Origin: Rubripirellula sp.
GTDB taxonomy: Bacteria; Planctomycetota; Planctomycetia; Pirellulales; Pirellulaceae
Assembly (NCBI GenBank): GCA_965216875.1
Contig: OZ244207.1
Coordinates: 7,968,001 to 8,032,000, forward strand
Length of the DNA stretch: 64,000 nt
Reading direction: 5' to 3'
A model generated the notes under the pieces. That model had not been told where the DNA came from. It worked only from the letters and a program-made list of their open reading frames with translations, and did no database searches. Made by a program: the position numbers and the translations under genes. This document shows, piece by piece, positions 8,974-21,953 of this stretch. Each line of letters starts with the position of its first letter. Position 1 is the first letter of the stretch.

Positions 8974-10244
8974 GGACAGCCTTTCTTTGCTTGTTGATTC
9001 TCGGCCTCGCCCCCAAGGTCACTTGGGCCCAGCCGCAAAATGGTTTGCCAACGCTTGCGTCGCGTTCCGGCAAGTTTATTGAATTGACCACGGATCTGCC
9101 CAACGCAGAAGAGGTCGCGACGCTCGTCGAGTCTTTTGACGTGGCCGTACCACAGTGGATTGAGTTTTGGCAGCTACCCGCCGATGCCGTTGACGGCTGG
9201 AAAGTCAAAGCATTCATCATACGGGACCGCGATCGGTTTCGTCGCGAGGGGCTCCTGCCGGATCATATTCCCGAGTTCCCGTTTGGCTATGCCTACGACG
9301 ACGAAATCTACGTCTTGGCTCAGAAGAGTGAATACTACACACGGCATCTGATGCTGCACGAGGGAGCACATTCCTTTGCCTTCCACGTGTTTGGCAATGC
9401 CGGCCCGACGTGGTTTATGGAAGGGACGGCCGACCTGTTGGCGCTGCACAGCGGCCAAGGCTCGTCGACTCGCATTCACCAGATTCCCAAAGATCGCCAT
9501 GACGTTCCGTACTGGGGCCGGTTCAAATTGATGGGGCAAATCCGCGAGCGATCTCAAATCCCCTCGATCGAAACCGTCATGCGTTACGCACCGACGTTGA
9601 CGGGCAACGTTGAAATGTATGGATGGAGTTGGGCGGCAGTCATGCTGTTGCACGAGTATCCCGAGTACCGACCGGCGTTCATCGAGGCGGCTCGCAACGC
9701 AAGCCGCGGTCCCGAATTCAATCGGATGGTTTTCAAATCCATCGGACAAAAGCAGTGGCCCATTTTGGCGGCTCGTTGGCGAATGGTGTGTGAAGACCTC
9801 GATTACGGGTTCGATTGGTCGCAGCAGCGGATTGCGATTGCCGAAACAGATCCTGCGTGGGACGGGCAGCCAACCACCATCGATGTGGCTGCGAATCAGG
9901 GATGGCAGTCCCCGGGGTTTCGACTTGTCCCCGGTTCAACGCTCACGTTGACACCCGACGGCACGGTGGTGCTTGGCAATGATCCCAAGCCTTGGAAGAG
10001 TGGGCCGGCTGGCGTGACGGTGACTTATGATCGAGGGCGACCGCTCGGTCAATTGCTCGCGTGTTTGTTGCCGACGGCCAAGCCTAGCGGCCAACGCATG
10101 TCACGTCCCGAAATGTTTTCGATCGACAATGCGACACGGTTGGAGATCAAACGCCATTGTTGGCTGCTGTTGCGAGTCAATGACAATGTCGGATCGCTTG
10201 ACGACAACCAAGGTTCGTTTCAAGTGAAATTGGTCGCCGAGTAA
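8961..10244 (+). CDS. Secreted HExxH zinc-metallopeptidase-like protein with C-terminal beta-sandwich domain
   Basis: Signal peptide; LMLHEGAH and WFMEGTA gluzincin-like motifs; C-terminal NDNVGSLDDNQG. Confidence 0.7.
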   Translation: MYRTRTAFLCLLILGLAPKVTWAQPQNGLPTLASRSGKFIELTTDLPNAEEVATLVESFDVAVPQWIEFWQLPADAVDGWKVKAFIIRDRDRFRREGLLPDHIPEFPFGYAYDDEIYVLAQKSEYYTRHLMLHEGAHSFAFHVFGNAGPTWFMEGTADLLALHSGQGSSTRIHQIPKDRHDVPYWGRFKLMGQIRERSQIPSIETVMRYAPTLTGNVEMYGWSWAAVMLLHEYPEYRPAFIEAARNASRGPEFNRMVFKSIGQKQWPILAARWRMVCEDLDYGFDWSQQRIAIAETDPAWDGQPTTIDVAANQGWQSPGFRLVPGSTLTLTPDGTVVLGNDPKPWKSGPAGVTVTYDRGRPLGQLLACLLPTAKPSGQRMSRPEMFSIDNATRLEIKRHCWLLLRVNDNVGSLDDNQGSFQVKLVAE

Positions 10245-10298
10245 TCGTCACGCACTCGTTACCCCGATCGGCTTGCTGGCGCTCTCTTCGGACGCCAC

Positions 10299-10408
10299 AT
10301 GAGCCGCACGCGTTAGCGTCGGGCCTTTCGAGACGCGCCAAAGAGTTTCTGGTCGCTTCTTGAGGTAGATGGATCTGACGATTCCGGCGAAAGCTCGATA
10401 CTACGAAC
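10299..10408. repeat. REP-like cluster between convergent genes
   Basis: ATGAGCCGCACGCGTTAGCGTCGGGCC 10299-10325; reverse copy of the 4573-4601 element at 10380-10408. Confidence 0.75.
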
Positions 10409-10417
10409 GGCGAACCG

Positions 10418-11077
10418 CTACGGCAGTTCGATCCGCAAACCGGGGGCGTCGGCGGCGACTCTTAAATCCAAGCTTGCGAGTTTTGGAACAAAGCTGACTT
10501 GGACAGGGCCGCGTCCGATTCGGACGACGGTGCCAAGCCGTTGCATGCCAAAATGCTCGAAGGCTCGGATCGATTTCTTGTTTGTCCAATCGATGGACGT
10601 GACCAACGATTGGGCTTCGAGCAAGCGATGCTTCAAGATGTATTGCAACTGCGCCGCAACGAGCCGCTTGCCGCGATGATCGGGATCCGTCCACGCGTTG
10701 TAGACAAAGACGGCAGATTGGGGCAGGTCGATCGACGTCCCCAGATGCGGCGCGCGACTGTAGTTGTCATTGCCCGCAATGTGGTCTTTCGCAATCCACA
10801 GGAACGAAACGAGGCGATCTCCTGCAGTGACTCCCACCAGGCATCGCTCGTCGCAGCCGAGCTTGTCGGGCGTGCCAACTTGCGCTTCCACCGTGGCTTT
10901 CTCGAGGTGCTCGGCAAGAGCTTTCGCACCGATACGTTCGATTCGGTAGCCGTCCGCGAGTGAAACGGATGCGTCGCGATGGGGCGTGTCCATTTGCAAC
11001 AAGCACGTCGCATCGATGACGCGAAGACGCCGAATCAGGCGGTAGAGGAACGAGACAGGTGTGACGGGCGTTGGCAT
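10418..11077 (-). CDS. GNAT family N-acetyltransferase
   Basis: YNAWTDPDHRGKRL acetyl-CoA motif; NKKSIRAFEHFG. Confidence 0.85.
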   Translation of the reverse strand: MPTPVTPVSFLYRLIRRLRVIDATCLLQMDTPHRDASVSLADGYRIERIGAKALAEHLEKATVEAQVGTPDKLGCDERCLVGVTAGDRLVSFLWIAKDHIAGNDNYSRAPHLGTSIDLPQSAVFVYNAWTDPDHRGKRLVAAQLQYILKHRLLEAQSLVTSIDWTNKKSIRAFEHFGMQRLGTVVRIGRGPVQVSFVPKLASLDLRVAADAPGLRIELP

Positions 11078-11155
11078 GGATCTGGCATCACAGGTCAGTG
11101 CGGATAACGCTGAACCCTACGTCGAACCGTGACTCGGCGGCCAACATCCGCGCAC

Positions 11156-11189
11156 AAAAAACGCCGTGACCTTGCGAAGGGGCACGGCG
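11156..11189 (-). terminator. Intrinsic terminator downstream of cyclophilin gene
   Basis: Minus-strand CGCCGTG...CACGGCG stem followed by T6. Confidence 0.7.
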
Positions 11190-11219
11190 CCGCGGGTTAT
11201 GACGATTAGTGCTCGAGCA

Positions 11220-11810
11220 CTACTCTTTGACAGTCACCTTCTTGATGACGATGGCTTCCACGGGAACATCCCGCATCAAGATCGAAGGTGCTTCCGGATT
11301 CGGGCGAGCTTGAGTCTTGACGGCCTCGATTTTGTCGACGACCTCTTGTCCAGAGACGACCTTGCCAAAGACGGCGTAGCCCCATCCATCACGTGACGTC
11401 GCCCGGTTGAGTGGGAGATTGTTTTCGGTGTTGATAAAGAATTGACTCGTGGCACTGTGAGGTGCTGAGGTGCGTGCCATTGCAATCGTGTACTTTTCGT
11501 TCTTCAGACCGTTAGCCGACTCGTTGCGAATGGGGGCGAGCGTGTCTTTTTCGACAAGCTTTGCGTCGAGTCCGCCGCCTTGGATCATGAACCCGCGAAT
11601 GACACGGTGAAAGACGGTCTCTTCGAAGTGTTTGTTTTCGACGTACTTCAAGAAGTTTTCAACCGTTTTCGGCGCAGCTTTGCGGTTAAGCTCGATAACA
11701 ATCGTGCCCTCGCTCGTTTCCATTTCGACCGTCACTTGGTCTTGGGCGCTGGCTGTGTTGAAACTCAGCAACGCGACCACTGCTGCGGTGAGGATAACGC
11801 GAGACTTCAT
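11220..11810 (-). CDS. Cyclophilin-type peptidyl-prolyl isomerase, secreted
   Basis: APKTVENF, FHRVIRGFMIQGGG, IAMART, SATSQFFIN, GYAVFGKV; signal peptide. Confidence 0.95.
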   Translation of the reverse strand: MKSRVILTAAVVALLSFNTASAQDQVTVEMETSEGTIVIELNRKAAPKTVENFLKYVENKHFEETVFHRVIRGFMIQGGGLDAKLVEKDTLAPIRNESANGLKNEKYTIAMARTSAPHSATSQFFINTENNLPLNRATSRDGWGYAVFGKVVSGQEVVDKIEAVKTQARPNPEAPSILMRDVPVEAIVIKKVTVKE

Positions 11811-12139
11811 TAGGATTGGCTCCTTGAGGTTCCATGTACAAGTGAGACGGATGGAGTACGAACGTTCCTGGCACCTGACATGAAGTCACGTTGTCGCCAG
11901 CAAGTCGCTTTCAGCAACGAGTTTAGGCGATGGCTCGACTGTCGCCCAGGTCGTCCCGCCAGGTATTTCACCCGCCCAGAACCCGACAGTTGGGCAATCG
12001 GACACCGGCTTCTCCGTCTATAATGGGCGGCTCCCATCACTCACCATGTAAATCGCGGTGTTTGCGCTGAAAACTTCGGTGCAACGCAATTCGGTTTCTT
12101 GGTGCCCACCCCATTTGACAACAATCCCCCCATCGTTTG

Positions 12140-15100
12140 ATGTCGAAGCCGATTTCTTGTTTGGCAATCGCGACACTTCTGTTGTTTGCGCCATGCCACG
12201 TTGGATTTGCCGATGACTCTGTCTCGTTCACACGCGACATACGGCCGATTCTCTCTGAACACTGTTTTGCGTGTCATGGCCCCGATGCGGGGAAACGCGA
12301 AGCGGACTTGAGGCTTGATGATGCCGACGGTGTCGCTGGCGCCGTCACTGCAGGCGAAGTGAACGAAAGCGAGTTGTGGGAGCGGATCACAACAGATGAC
12401 GAAGATCTGGTGATGCCACCGCCAGAGTTCAACAAGCCGATCACCGAAGCGCAGCGTCGTTTGATTCGGAAGTGGATCGAGTCGGGCGCCAATGTCCAAC
12501 AACATTGGTCGTTCGTGACACCCCAACAACCCCCAATCCCCAATGTCGACGTTCCCAATGTCGACGTTCCTAATCCGATCGACGCGTTCTTACGGGCGCG
12601 GCTGGACAAGGCGGGACTTGAACCGTCGCCCCTTGCCGACAAACGAACGTTGATCCGCCGTGTCACCTTGGACTTGACGGGGCTGCCCCCAACCGAACAA
12701 GAGGTCGATGCCTTTCTCGCGGACCAATCCGAGGATGCGTATGAATCGCTGATCGATCGTTTGATGAGCCAAGTTTCCTACGGCGAACACATGGCACGTT
12801 ATTGGCTCGACCTTGCCCGTTACGCCGACACGCATGGTTTGCATCTCGATAACGAGCGATCGATGTGGCCCTATCGCGACTGGGTCGTACGGGCGTTCGC
12901 GGACAACCTGCCGTTTGATGAGTTCACACGCTGGCAGCTCGCCGGCGACCTGTACGAAAAACCGACTCGAGATCAACTCGTTGCCTCGGGCTTCAATCGA
13001 TGCAACGTGACCACCGGCGAAGGGGGAAGCATTAATGAAGAGTGGATCTATCGCTACGCCGTCGACCGAACCACCACTGCCGTCGAAGTCTGGATGGGAC
13101 TGACTGCGGGCTGTGCGGTCTGTCACGACCACAAGTTCGATCCGCTATCGATGCACGATTACTATTCGTTGTACGCGTTCTTTCACAGCGCGGCCGATCC
13201 CGCGATGGATGGCAATCGCATCGACACGCCACCCGTCCTCAAACTTCATTCCGACGAAGACAACGCGAAGATCGCTGCGATCGACAAGCGACTGTCGCAG
13301 CTCGAAGAGTCCCAGAAAGAGCGATTGGCAACTTACGACTATGTTGACCCAAGTTCGCTCGATCCTGTGCCCACGCCCGAAGAGGTTGAGACACTCTGGT
13401 TTGACGACGGTTTTCCTGAAGGCGCAAAACTGCAAAACAGCGGGCACCCCACAACTCTCGTTAGTAAAGATGAGGGTGAAGTTTTTGGTGGTGCAAAATC
13501 GTTGCGTCGCAAAGCCGGCGGATTGGAACAGGACTTTTACAACAGCGGTGCCGCCGACCTCGTCGTCCCCAACGACGGCATCGTGTTCGTTCACTGTTTC
13601 CTTGATCCCAAGGACACCCCCAAGACGATCATGATCCAGTTTCATACCGACGGTTGGAAACATCGGGCCGTATGGGGCGAACATGAAAAGATCCCGTTTG
13701 GCAAATCAGACACCACCGAAAAGGTCTTGATGGGGGACCTGCCCGAAGCAGGACGCTGGGTCCGTTTGGAAGTCGATGCAAAAAAAATGGGGCTCGGTGC
13801 GGGAGCCAAAGTGAAAGGTTACGCGTTCACCCAATACGCGGGTACCGTTCATTGGGATTCACTTGGCGTGACAGCGACCGTCGACAAAGTGAATGACCAG
13901 ATTTGGTCTTGGGAAGCATGGAAGAAACAAAACCAAGGCAAACGCAACAAGCAACTTCCCGAACATCTTTGGCGCATCGTCAAAAGCAAACAGCCCGAGA
14001 AGTGGACAGATGAAGAACGCAAGAGTCTTTTCGATTTCTGGCTCGCCAATTTCTATGCGGGCACGGTCGACCTGCTCGCGGACATCAAACGGAAACGCGA
14101 AGGTTTGGTGGAAGAAAAGGTGAACATCGAAAAGAACGTGCCTTTGACGCTTGTCATGGCCGACCTGAAGAAGCCTCGCGAGAGCTTCGTGATGCTGCGA
14201 GGTGCCTATGACAAACCGGGTGACAAGGTGTCGCGAAACGTTCCGTCCTTCCTGCCACCGCTTCCCGAGCGTCCATCCGATCGCGATTACAACCGCATGG
14301 ACTTGGCCAATTGGTTGGTCAGTGGTGAACACCCACTAACGGCACGCGTTGCAGTCAACCGATTCTGGCAACAGTTTTTCGGGACTGGAATCGTTCGAAC
14401 CAGTGGTGACTTCGGTTCGCAAGGCGAAGGCCCGTCTCATCCTGAGTTGTTGGATTGGCTGGCGGTCGAATTTGTCAACCAAGACTGGGACGTTCAAACG
14501 TTGGTCAAGCTGATCCTGACCTCTCACGCCTACCGTCAATCGTCCGAGGTCAGTGAAGAGTCGCTTGAGCTCGATCCGAGCAATCGTCTACTGTCGCGAG
14601 CACCCAGGTTGCGTCTTGATGCGGAAGTGCTGAGAGATCAGGCGCTGTCGTTGAGCGGATTGTTGGTGCAAACGGTTGGAGGCAAAGCGGTCAAACCGTA
14701 TCAACCGCCAAACATTTGGGAACCGGTTGGTTTTGGTGGAAGCAACACGCGTTTCTACAGACAAGACACGGGCGACGCGCTCTACCGGCGAAGCCTTTAC
14801 ACGTTCCTGAAACGCACCGCACCGCCTCCATTCATGTCGACGTTCGATGCGCCCAACCGCGAGCAGGTTTGTATGGGACGCCAGCGGAGCAATACGCCGA
14901 TGCAGGCGCTCCAGCTCATGAACGACATTCAACATGTTGAAGCGGCACGCCATTTCGCCTCTCGAATGCTTGCCGAAGGTGGCGAGGATGCGAAGCAGCG
15001 GATTCGCTGGGCCTGGGAATTGGCGACCGTCCGGCAACCAAATGAGGGTGAAGTCGAAGTGGCCCATCATCTGCTGGCGGAGTTTCAACAGCGTTACTAC

Positions 15101-15241
15101 GGGGACCCTGGAGCTGCGAAAGAGCTGGTCGAGTATGGCGAAAGCAAGCCTGATGAAAAGGTGGCTGATGCCGAGTTGGCGGCCTACACAATGTTGGCGA
15201 GCTTGATTCTTAACCTTGACGAAACCGTTACAAAGAACTGA
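12140..15241 (+). CDS. Planctomycete cytochrome c / DUF1549-DUF1553 (PSD1) protein
   Basis: CFACH and CAVCH heme motifs; [42 protein letters not shown]. Confidence 0.92.
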   Translation: MSKPISCLAIATLLLFAPCHVGFADDSVSFTRDIRPILSEHCFACHGPDAGKREADLRLDDADGVAGAVTAGEVNESELWERITTDDEDLVMPPPEFNKPITEAQRRLIRKWIESGANVQQHWSFVTPQQPPIPNVDVPNVDVPNPIDAFLRARLDKAGLEPSPLADKRTLIRRVTLDLTGLPPTEQEVDAFLADQSEDAYESLIDRLMSQVSYGEHMARYWLDLARYADTHGLHLDNERSMWPYRDWVVRAFADNLPFDEFTRWQLAGDLYEKPTRDQLVASGFNRCNVTTGEGGSINEEWIYRYAVDRTTTAVEVWMGLTAGCAVCHDHKFDPLSMHDYYSLYAFFHSAADPAMDGNRIDTPPVLKLHSDEDNAKIAAIDKRLSQLEESQKERLATYDYVDPSSLDPVPTPEEVETLWFDDGFPEGAKLQNSGHPTTLVSKDEGEVFGGAKSLRRKAGGLEQDFYNSGAADLVVPNDGIVFVHCFLDPKDTPKTIMIQFHTDGWKHRAVWGEHEKIPFGKSDTTEKVLMGDLPEAGRWVRLEVDAKKMGLGAGAKVKGYAFTQYAGTVHWDSLGVTATVDKVNDQIWSWEAWKKQNQGKRNKQLPEHLWRIVKSKQPEKWTDEERKSLFDFWLANFYAGTVDLLADIKRKREGLVEEKVNIEKNVPLTLVMADLKKPRESFVMLRGAYDKPGDKVSRNVPSFLPPLPERPSDRDYNRMDLANWLVSGEHPLTARVAVNRFWQQFFGTGIVRTSGDFGSQGEGPSHPELLDWLAVEFVNQDWDVQTLVKLILTSHAYRQSSEVSEESLELDPSNRLLSRAPRLRLDAEVLRDQALSLSGLLVQTVGGKAVKPYQPPNIWEPVGFGGSNTRFYRQDTGDALYRRSLYTFLKRTAPPPFMSTFDAPNREQVCMGRQRSNTPMQALQLMNDIQHVEAARHFASRMLAEGGEDAKQRIRWAWELATVRQPNEGEVEVAHHLLAEFQQRYYGDPGAAKELVEYGESKPDEKVADAELAAYTMLASLILNLDETVTKN

Positions 15242-15255
15242 ACCGAGAAACCAAG

Positions 15256-16725
15256 ATGCACCCATTCCTTCAGCGTCAACATCTCGAAACGCGTCGTCAG
15301 TTTTTCCGTGGCGCCGGTTTGAACCTTGGTGCTCTGTCTTTGGCGAGCATGCTTGCGGGCGACGCGACCGCTGGCGATTCCGCCGCAACGACGCAAGTTC
15401 ACCCGTCACTGCCAGGGTTGCCGCACTTTGCACCGAAAGCAAAGCGGCTGATCTATTTGCACGCTAACGGTGCGCCGTCACAGTTGGACATGTTCGATTA
15501 CAAGCCGGGGCTGCAAGAGTATTTCGACAAAGAGCTTCCCGACTCGGTGCGTAACAACCAACGTATCACGACGATGACGAGCGGGCAGGCGCGTTTCCCG
15601 GTCGCGCCGAGCAAATTCAAGTTCAAGGCTTGTGGCACGTCGGGAATCATGATGAGCGAGCTTGTGCCGCACATGCAGGAGATCGCCGATGACATCACGA
15701 TGATCAAATCGGTTCATACCGACGCGATCAACCATGATCCTGCGTGCACGTTTGTGATGACTGGCAGCGAAGTGCCTGGAAAACCGAGTCTCGGTTCGTG
15801 GCTGAGTTACGGGCTTGGAAGTGAAAGTAACGACCTACCCGCCTTTGTCGTGTTCACCCCGACGTTCCCGAAAGACAGCCAAGCTCAAGCGTTGTTCACG
15901 CGGATGTGGAGCAGCGGATTCCTGCCGAGCAGTTTTGATGGCGTCGCGCTGCGTGGTAGCGGTGACCCGGTGCTCTACATCAAAAACCCACCCGGTGTCA
16001 GCGGTGCCGATCGACGCAGAATGCTCGATGCGCTGAACCAACTCAACGAGCAGAACTTTGAGCGCTACGGCGACCCCGAAACTCGAACGCGGATCGCCCA
16101 ATACGAAATGGCGTTTCGGATGCAGACGAGTGTTCCCGAGCTAACCGACCTATCGAGCGAGTCGAAGGAAACGCTCGAAATGTATGGGCCGAATGTTGAA
16201 AAGAAAGGAACGTACGCGTCGAGTGCCATCCTAGCTCGGCGTTTGATTGAACGCGGTGTGCGGTGTGTGCAGATCCTGCACCGCGGGTGGGACCAGCACA
16301 ACAACCTGCCAAGGCTGATCAAGAACCAGTGCGATGACGTCGATCAGCCGACTGCGGCGTTAATCAAAGATCTGAAACAACGCGGTCTGCTCGACGAGAC
16401 ACTGGTTGTCTTTGGTGGTGAATTTGGGCGCACGGTTTACTCGCAAGGCACGCTAACGAAAGAGAACTACGGTCGAGATCATCATCCCCGCAACTTCTGT
16501 ATGTGGATGGCCGGTGGTGGTGTCAAAGGAGGCATGACTTACGGCGAAACAGATGACTTCAGCTACAACATCGTGCAAGATCCCGTCCACCTGAATGATC
16601 TCAACGCAACAATCCTTCATTGCATGGGCATTGATGATCGCAAGCTGAGCTTCAAGTTCCAGGGGCTCGATCAAAGGCTGACGGGAGTCGAGCCGCCGCG
16701 CGTGGTCAACGAGATTCTGATTTAG
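15256..16725 (+). CDS. DUF1501 protein (Tat-exported, sulfatase-like)
   Basis: TRRQFF Tat motif, [27 protein letters not shown]. Confidence 0.92.
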   Translation: MHPFLQRQHLETRRQFFRGAGLNLGALSLASMLAGDATAGDSAATTQVHPSLPGLPHFAPKAKRLIYLHANGAPSQLDMFDYKPGLQEYFDKELPDSVRNNQRITTMTSGQARFPVAPSKFKFKACGTSGIMMSELVPHMQEIADDITMIKSVHTDAINHDPACTFVMTGSEVPGKPSLGSWLSYGLGSESNDLPAFVVFTPTFPKDSQAQALFTRMWSSGFLPSSFDGVALRGSGDPVLYIKNPPGVSGADRRRMLDALNQLNEQNFERYGDPETRTRIAQYEMAFRMQTSVPELTDLSSESKETLEMYGPNVEKKGTYASSAILARRLIERGVRCVQILHRGWDQHNNLPRLIKNQCDDVDQPTAALIKDLKQRGLLDETLVVFGGEFGRTVYSQGTLTKENYGRDHHPRNFCMWMAGGGVKGGMTYGETDDFSYNIVQDPVHLNDLNATILHCMGIDDRKLSFKFQGLDQRLTGVEPPRVVNEILI

Positions 16726-19700
16726 ACGGTTGCGTTTTTTCCAGTTGGCTCAACGCCCACTGGGCTTCTTGACGCGCGTTTTGGTCTAGCAGCGATTGGT
16801 TCAACTCGTCGGAGGTCTCGGCGGCGATGATTCGCAAGGCATCGATCGTGTCTTTCTCGCCGAGCATGCCAAGTGCGATCGTTGCTGACTGCTGGACTTC
16901 AGGGGACGAGTGTTGTTGTCGCTTTCGCAACACTTTGATGTAGTCGCGATTGGCTGAGAAACCTGCTAGCCGGCAAGCGATTGACAGCGATTCGGGAAGA
17001 TCGTTCAAAACCTCTTGGTCGAGAATCTCGGCGAGTGATTGGCGATGCTTGGCCAGCTGATCGATGACTCGTCGATCATCACGGCCGCGTTGCAGTTTTT
17101 CATAACGCCGCTGGACCCACCGATGTTGTTCGAGGTAGAGCTGACGCAAGCCGTGCAGTCGTACCTTTGCATTGCGGTTTTTGAGCAACGCTTCGACGGG
17201 AAAAAGCGGTCCGTGACTGTAATAGGTGCCCCATGTGCTCCCCATTGGGCCGCCTGTCACCACGCTTTGTGCTGCGACGAGCGCGTGATGGGCTCGACTT
17301 ACGAGCGGCGTTTGGACGACAGCGTGTTGCGGTTGCGAGATCACGGGCGTGGCATGCGTTCGAAAGGAATCGGAAACAAACCCACCAGCAAAGACAACGC
17401 CGTTACGATCGGCCAACAACGACGTGACACGCGTGCTTTGATCGGTGTACCAATTTGTGCTGGCAATCGTGGAAGCAACACTCAAACGATCTGGCGGCGT
17501 TTTTTCGAATCGAAGTTGCTGCAGGCGAGTTTTCTGCTCGGCATTTCGTCCCGTCGCCAGCGGCTTGTCAAAGAGCATTGGAACGCCGGAGACCGTCCTG
17601 CCCACGGGGGAGTCGATCGTTTTTTGGCTGACAAGTGGCGTGGCGGTCGTTCGGTTAACGTCGGTGAGGGTCCAATAGCGTGCGCTGCCTAGTTGCGGGT
17701 AGCTGGTCATGTTCGCGCGAATCAAGTTTTGGTTGCCAGCGAGTCGCTGGACGGAAAGTCCTGTCATCGTTTCCCAAGATGGATGAAGCCAAGGCTGTGG
17801 ACTCAAAGCAATCGTTGCAGAGAAACCGTCGTTCGGATCACATGGCTGGCGTTGGTTCAGCTTGGTCCAGTCAAACCAAGGCGTGTTGCCGTTTCCGGCT
17901 TCTGCTTCACTTCGAACGATGCTTGTTGGTGGCTCGCCGTCGATCGTGATCGCCTCGGTGTGCATTCCAGCAACGCCCTCGGGTGCGATTCGGCGATCGA
18001 ACAGCCAGTGTCTTCCGTTCAAAAGCTGAAAACGCAGGTCCATGTTCATCGTTTTCGTTTTGCACAACACGCGTAGCGGAACGGCTTGCCCGCTGTCAGT
18101 CTTGATGTAATCGTGGAATTGAAACTCAAAGCTCGATGAACGCTCCACGAGTGGATATCCGGTCTCGGCGTCGATGACGACCAGGACACTGTTGCGGCGC
18201 GTGCTGGTGTACCCACCAACATAGGTTCCCTTAAGTCCCGATCCGAAGATTTGAGAAAAACCACCGCTGGTCAAGCCAAACACCTTCACAGGGCGGCCAT
18301 CGTGTTGTCCCTCAAAGCAGACGGGAACCTTCCATTGTTTGGAGTCAAAGGCGAGTGCATCCAGTGCTGTCGTGAGTGTCACACCACGCCGAATTTGTCC
18401 GTAGCCCGAGTCCGTATCCGCTTCTTCGGTTCGGTCAGAGAAGCGAAACGTGTATTGGATTCGCGCCTCGTCATCGCGTTCGGCTCGCAACCAGAACTGG
18501 TGATTGTCGAGGATGGCGACAAGTTCATCCGCTGGGCGATTGGCGACCGCGACTGCGGTGGACGGGATCGTGACGCAATACATCGGTTGCTTTTGAGCGT
18601 CGTAAAGGGACAGCAGAAAGCTTTGATCCCGTGAAGGCGTCATCGAACGTGTGTGAATCTCAGCGCTAAGTGTCGACGTCGGCCACTGGCCAGCCAGGTT
18701 TCTTGACGAGTCCGCCGGCATGAAGGTGAGCGAACGCGCGGACCTTGGCGAGCCGGTTTTGGTTGCCGGTTCGAGTTCATGTTCGTGGCCGAGTTCAACG
18801 GGGGTCAAGCCTTGAATGACGACCGGTGTGCTCGCGTCTTCGACCTGGGTCAAGTCGGTATGTTTTTGACGAGCCTCCTGCAAACGCCCGGTCAGGTCAA
18901 TTGCGCCATCGTTAAGCTTGATATCCGCAATCGTTTCCTTCTGTGGCGTCTTTCCCGCAAACGTCGACGTTCCTTCCTCAAGAATCCACAAGACATCTTG
19001 GGCAATTTTGAAACGGTGCTCGGTGCGAAACTGATGTTTGGGTACATCGATTTCGATGTGTCGTGGCGCGTGCTGGGAACCTCGTGAGGCGAAATCGGAA
19101 AAGGTGATCGTCGCAAGCTTCTCATCTCCCGCGAAGACTTCCTCGCTGAGAATGCGATTGGCGTTGTCGATGGTCAACATGGATCGTGTGATGCGAATGT
19201 CGTGAAGGTACGACCAGGAAGTGGTTTCGAACATCGCGCCCACGTTCAAGACTGATCTTCGACCCGGTTTGGACCTCAGTTCAACCAATCGTTTGTCGTC
19301 TCGAATTTGAAAGTCGCTGACGACGAAGTCGTTTGGGCGACGGCCCCAATCGAGAGAGGGGAAATTGAGTCGTGTTCCCGAGATCCGCCGTAGCGTCTTA
19401 CGGCGCATCAGTTCCGTTGCCGGCAGATTCAAACGCGTTGCCGATTTGTCGTTTTTGACCACTTCGCTGGGCGTTCGATAACGGGGGAAGGCGTCGCGGT
19501 TGGCATAGGTGTAGGTGGCGCCATCGGGTGCACCAATCTCCATCCAGCCTTGGCCGTAGCGTTGTGGTTCGTCGCCGCGATGAACGACCTCGACGCTTGT
19601 CGTGCCATCGCTCTGCCATTGAAAGGCTTCGTCAAGCACTTCAGGTGACATCTTGTGCGTGAACGTGATCGAACTCAGTTTGCTCAAATCGGGGTTTTGC

Positions 19701-21907
19701 CATAGTCGATTCGACTCGAGGATTTGCTGTGCATCGAACGCTTCGGCGCGGCGTTGGCCTTGCTGCTCTTTCGCGAGAAGTTGGGCGAGTTCATCGGGTG
19801 TGGTCGGGAATGAATCACGTTTGCTGCCGCCTTGGACGATCGACTTTGTCTCTCCTGTCGCTTCGTCGATCATCGACTTGCTGTCCGCGGACCAACGAGG
19901 TTGAGTTGCTTGATCAAAGGCTTTTTGAAGGGAGTCGCCGTTGCGTTTGGCCAACCAAATCTCACGCCGGGTGTCGGAGTTGCCGTCATGGCGCAGCGAA
20001 ATGGATTGTGTCCACGCGACCCAGTTTGAATCGGGTGACCAAAGGGGACGTATGCTCCCACTGAGAAACCAGAATTTGCCGTCGCGGTCACTTTGGTTTC
20101 GCGCTGGGGGCGAGATGGTTTGCATGGTGCGTGTTTGCGTGTCCCAAATTCCGATCCGTCCGTCGCACGGGATTCCAGCGGACCACGACCCGCCTCGGAT
20201 GATCTCGGTTGACACGGCGATGTAACGTCCGTTGGGCGACCACGCCGCGCCAACGCCAAACGCGCCTGTCTCGTCAACGTTCCCCGTTTCAACGTCAACA
20301 ACGACCAGCGGGTAGTTGGCGACATAACTGGCTGCGTTGCCAATCGCGAGTCGCTTCGAGTCAGGTGACCAGGCTGGCGTTGTCTTCAGAGCCTTGCTCA
20401 GCAGACGCCGCGTTTGGTTGGTCGCCCAGTCATGGACAAAAAGGCCGTACTGTCGCGTGCCATCGTCGAGTGTCAGGGAGCCGACGTAGGCGGTCTGCTT
20501 CTTGTTGGGTGCGGCGACCTCGTAAGTTGGATCGCATTGCGGAGGCAATTGACCCGCCGCCACCTTCTCGTCGGTGCGGGGCTGTTGGGGCTGAGCAACC
20601 GGTGTTGCGTCGGCTTCCGAGCCAAGCGGTTTGCCAACGAGTAGCAACGGGCAGATCGCCACAGCAAGCAAGAGCGAAAGGGTGAAGGAGGCGCGTGGAT
20701 TGCCTGGCGAAGCGTTTCCGGTTTGGATCGACGAGATGCGTTCACGCAGTGATCGAAGCGGACCGAGGCTCCCCGTTGTAAGTTGTCGAGGCACGGTGTT
20801 TCCGGCAACGAAATCGATGGTGTCGACAATTGTCGCCGCGTACTGCGATGCACGCTCAGGCCACTGTCGCAAGACGGAAGCATCGCATGCCATTTCCTCG
20901 GCGTCTCGCAATCGTTTTCGCGCAAACCAAAAGATCGGGCACCACCACCAAAGCATCGTTGCCAGTAGTTCGATCCAGCGGACCCAATGGTCGCGGCGAC
21001 CGACATGTGCAAGTTCATGGGCAAGTAGCAGTTCGCGTGTTTCCCGTTCGCGCATCGCGGGAAGGTCGCGGGGCAAAACGAGCGTGCAACGACCGACACG
21101 ACTCCAAATCATCGGTGGGATGGGAGCTGCGAGAACGAGTACGTCTGGCGTTCGACTGGACGACAATCCCATTTGAGTTGCTAACCGTTGAACATCACAC
21201 AGGAGGTTCGCTTCGGCAGGTTCAGCGAGGGATAGTAAACGGCGAAAGTGTTTCAGATTGCGAAGTGTGATCAGCAAGACGAGCAGCGTTCCAAAGACCC
21301 AAAGAGGTACCGCGATGCCCAGCAACGACCATCCGCCGGTCGGTTCGGCTTTCGCCGTTACGGGCGTCGCCGCGACAGGCATCGTTGTCGCGGGTATCTG
21401 GGGGGCGTCTTCGGAATCGACGGTCGGTGGAGGTGCGGTGGCATTCGATGTTGCGTCGGCCGCGACAGGCATGTTTGTGTTGGCTGAGGATTCAACATCG
21501 AATGCCGACGCATCGATCTCGGTCGCCGATTCTTTGATGGGCTGATGCAGTTGTGATTCGGGACCAGCAACGGTCGGTTCCAGGTACCGCTGTGCCTCAT
21601 CCAATGTGTTTGTTTTCAAGAACTCAGGACTTGGTTGCGGACGTTTTTGAGCATCCGACGGTATTTCAATCCGTGAATTTCTGGCCAACCCTTGGTCTGT
21701 CGCAGGCAGCTGTGGCAGCCCGGTGATCGCGATTGGCAAAACAGGCGGGACGATCAGCCGTAAGAGCACGACGACCCAGAAAGCGTGTTCGATTGCAGGG
21801 TGTCGCCGCCGAGTCAGCAAGCCAACGAGCAACGCGACAAGCATCAACAGGGTTGCGATCGTCAGGACATTGACAACGACATGCGCGGCAAATGCAGGCG
21901 ACATCAT
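16706..21907 (-). CDS. BlaR1/M56 peptidase fused to TolB-like beta-propeller and a large periplasmic region
   Basis: N-terminal TM helices, HELAH zinc motif, EEMACD; WSPD/WSPN repeats; C-terminal HEAT-like helices. Confidence 0.88.
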   Translation of the reverse strand: MMSPAFAAHVVVNVLTIATLLMLVALLVGLLTRRRHPAIEHAFWVVVLLRLIVPPVLPIAITGLPQLPATDQGLARNSRIEIPSDAQKRPQPSPEFLKTNTLDEAQRYLEPTVAGPESQLHQPIKESATEIDASAFDVESSANTNMPVAADATSNATAPPPTVDSEDAPQIPATTMPVAATPVTAKAEPTGGWSLLGIAVPLWVFGTLLVLLITLRNLKHFRRLLSLAEPAEANLLCDVQRLATQMGLSSSRTPDVLVLAAPIPPMIWSRVGRCTLVLPRDLPAMRERETRELLLAHELAHVGRRDHWVRWIELLATMLWWWCPIFWFARKRLRDAEEMACDASVLRQWPERASQYAATIVDTIDFVAGNTVPRQLTTGSLGPLRSLRERISSIQTGNASPGNPRASFTLSLLLAVAICPLLLVGKPLGSEADATPVAQPQQPRTDEKVAAGQLPPQCDPTYEVAAPNKKQTAYVGSLTLDDGTRQYGLFVHDWATNQTRRLLSKALKTTPAWSPDSKRLAIGNAASYVANYPLVVVDVETGNVDETGAFGVGAAWSPNGRYIAVSTEIIRGGSWSAGIPCDGRIGIWDTQTRTMQTISPPARNQSDRDGKFWFLSGSIRPLWSPDSNWVAWTQSISLRHDGNSDTRREIWLAKRNGDSLQKAFDQATQPRWSADSKSMIDEATGETKSIVQGGSKRDSFPTTPDELAQLLAKEQQGQRRAEAFDAQQILESNRLWQNPDLSKLSSITFTHKMSPEVLDEAFQWQSDGTTSVEVVHRGDEPQRYGQGWMEIGAPDGATYTYANRDAFPRYRTPSEVVKNDKSATRLNLPATELMRRKTLRRISGTRLNFPSLDWGRRPNDFVVSDFQIRDDKRLVELRSKPGRRSVLNVGAMFETTSWSYLHDIRITRSMLTIDNANRILSEEVFAGDEKLATITFSDFASRGSQHAPRHIEIDVPKHQFRTEHRFKIAQDVLWILEEGTSTFAGKTPQKETIADIKLNDGAIDLTGRLQEARQKHTDLTQVEDASTPVVIQGLTPVELGHEHELEPATKTGSPRSARSLTFMPADSSRNLAGQWPTSTLSAEIHTRSMTPSRDQSFLLSLYDAQKQPMYCVTIPSTAVAVANRPADELVAILDNHQFWLRAERDDEARIQYTFRFSDRTEEADTDSGYGQIRRGVTLTTALDALAFDSKQWKVPVCFEGQHDGRPVKVFGLTSGGFSQIFGSGLKGTYVGGYTSTRRNSVLVVIDAETGYPLVERSSSFEFQFHDYIKTDSGQAVPLRVLCKTKTMNMDLRFQLLNGRHWLFDRRIAPEGVAGMHTEAITIDGEPPTSIVRSEAEAGNGNTPWFDWTKLNQRQPCDPNDGFSATIALSPQPWLHPSWETMTGLSVQRLAGNQNLIRANMTSYPQLGSARYWTLTDVNRTTATPLVSQKTIDSPVGRTVSGVPMLFDKPLATGRNAEQKTRLQQLRFEKTPPDRLSVASTIASTNWYTDQSTRVTSLLADRNGVVFAGGFVSDSFRTHATPVISQPQHAVVQTPLVSRAHHALVAAQSVVTGGPMGSTWGTYYSHGPLFPVEALLKNRNAKVRLHGLRQLYLEQHRWVQRRYEKLQRGRDDRRVIDQLAKHRQSLAEILDQEVLNDLPESLSIACRLAGFSANRDYIKVLRKRQQHSSPEVQQSATIALGMLGEKDTIDALRIIAAETSDELNQSLLDQNARQEAQWALSQLEKTQPSKSESR

Positions 21908-21953
21908 GCGTTCTCTCCTGTAAGTCAGGATCAGGGTTTTCGATCAAACGTTG

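Noticed and set aside
12539..12568. 15-bp in-frame duplication (PNVDV x2)
   Set aside because: Simple linker slippage with no evident function
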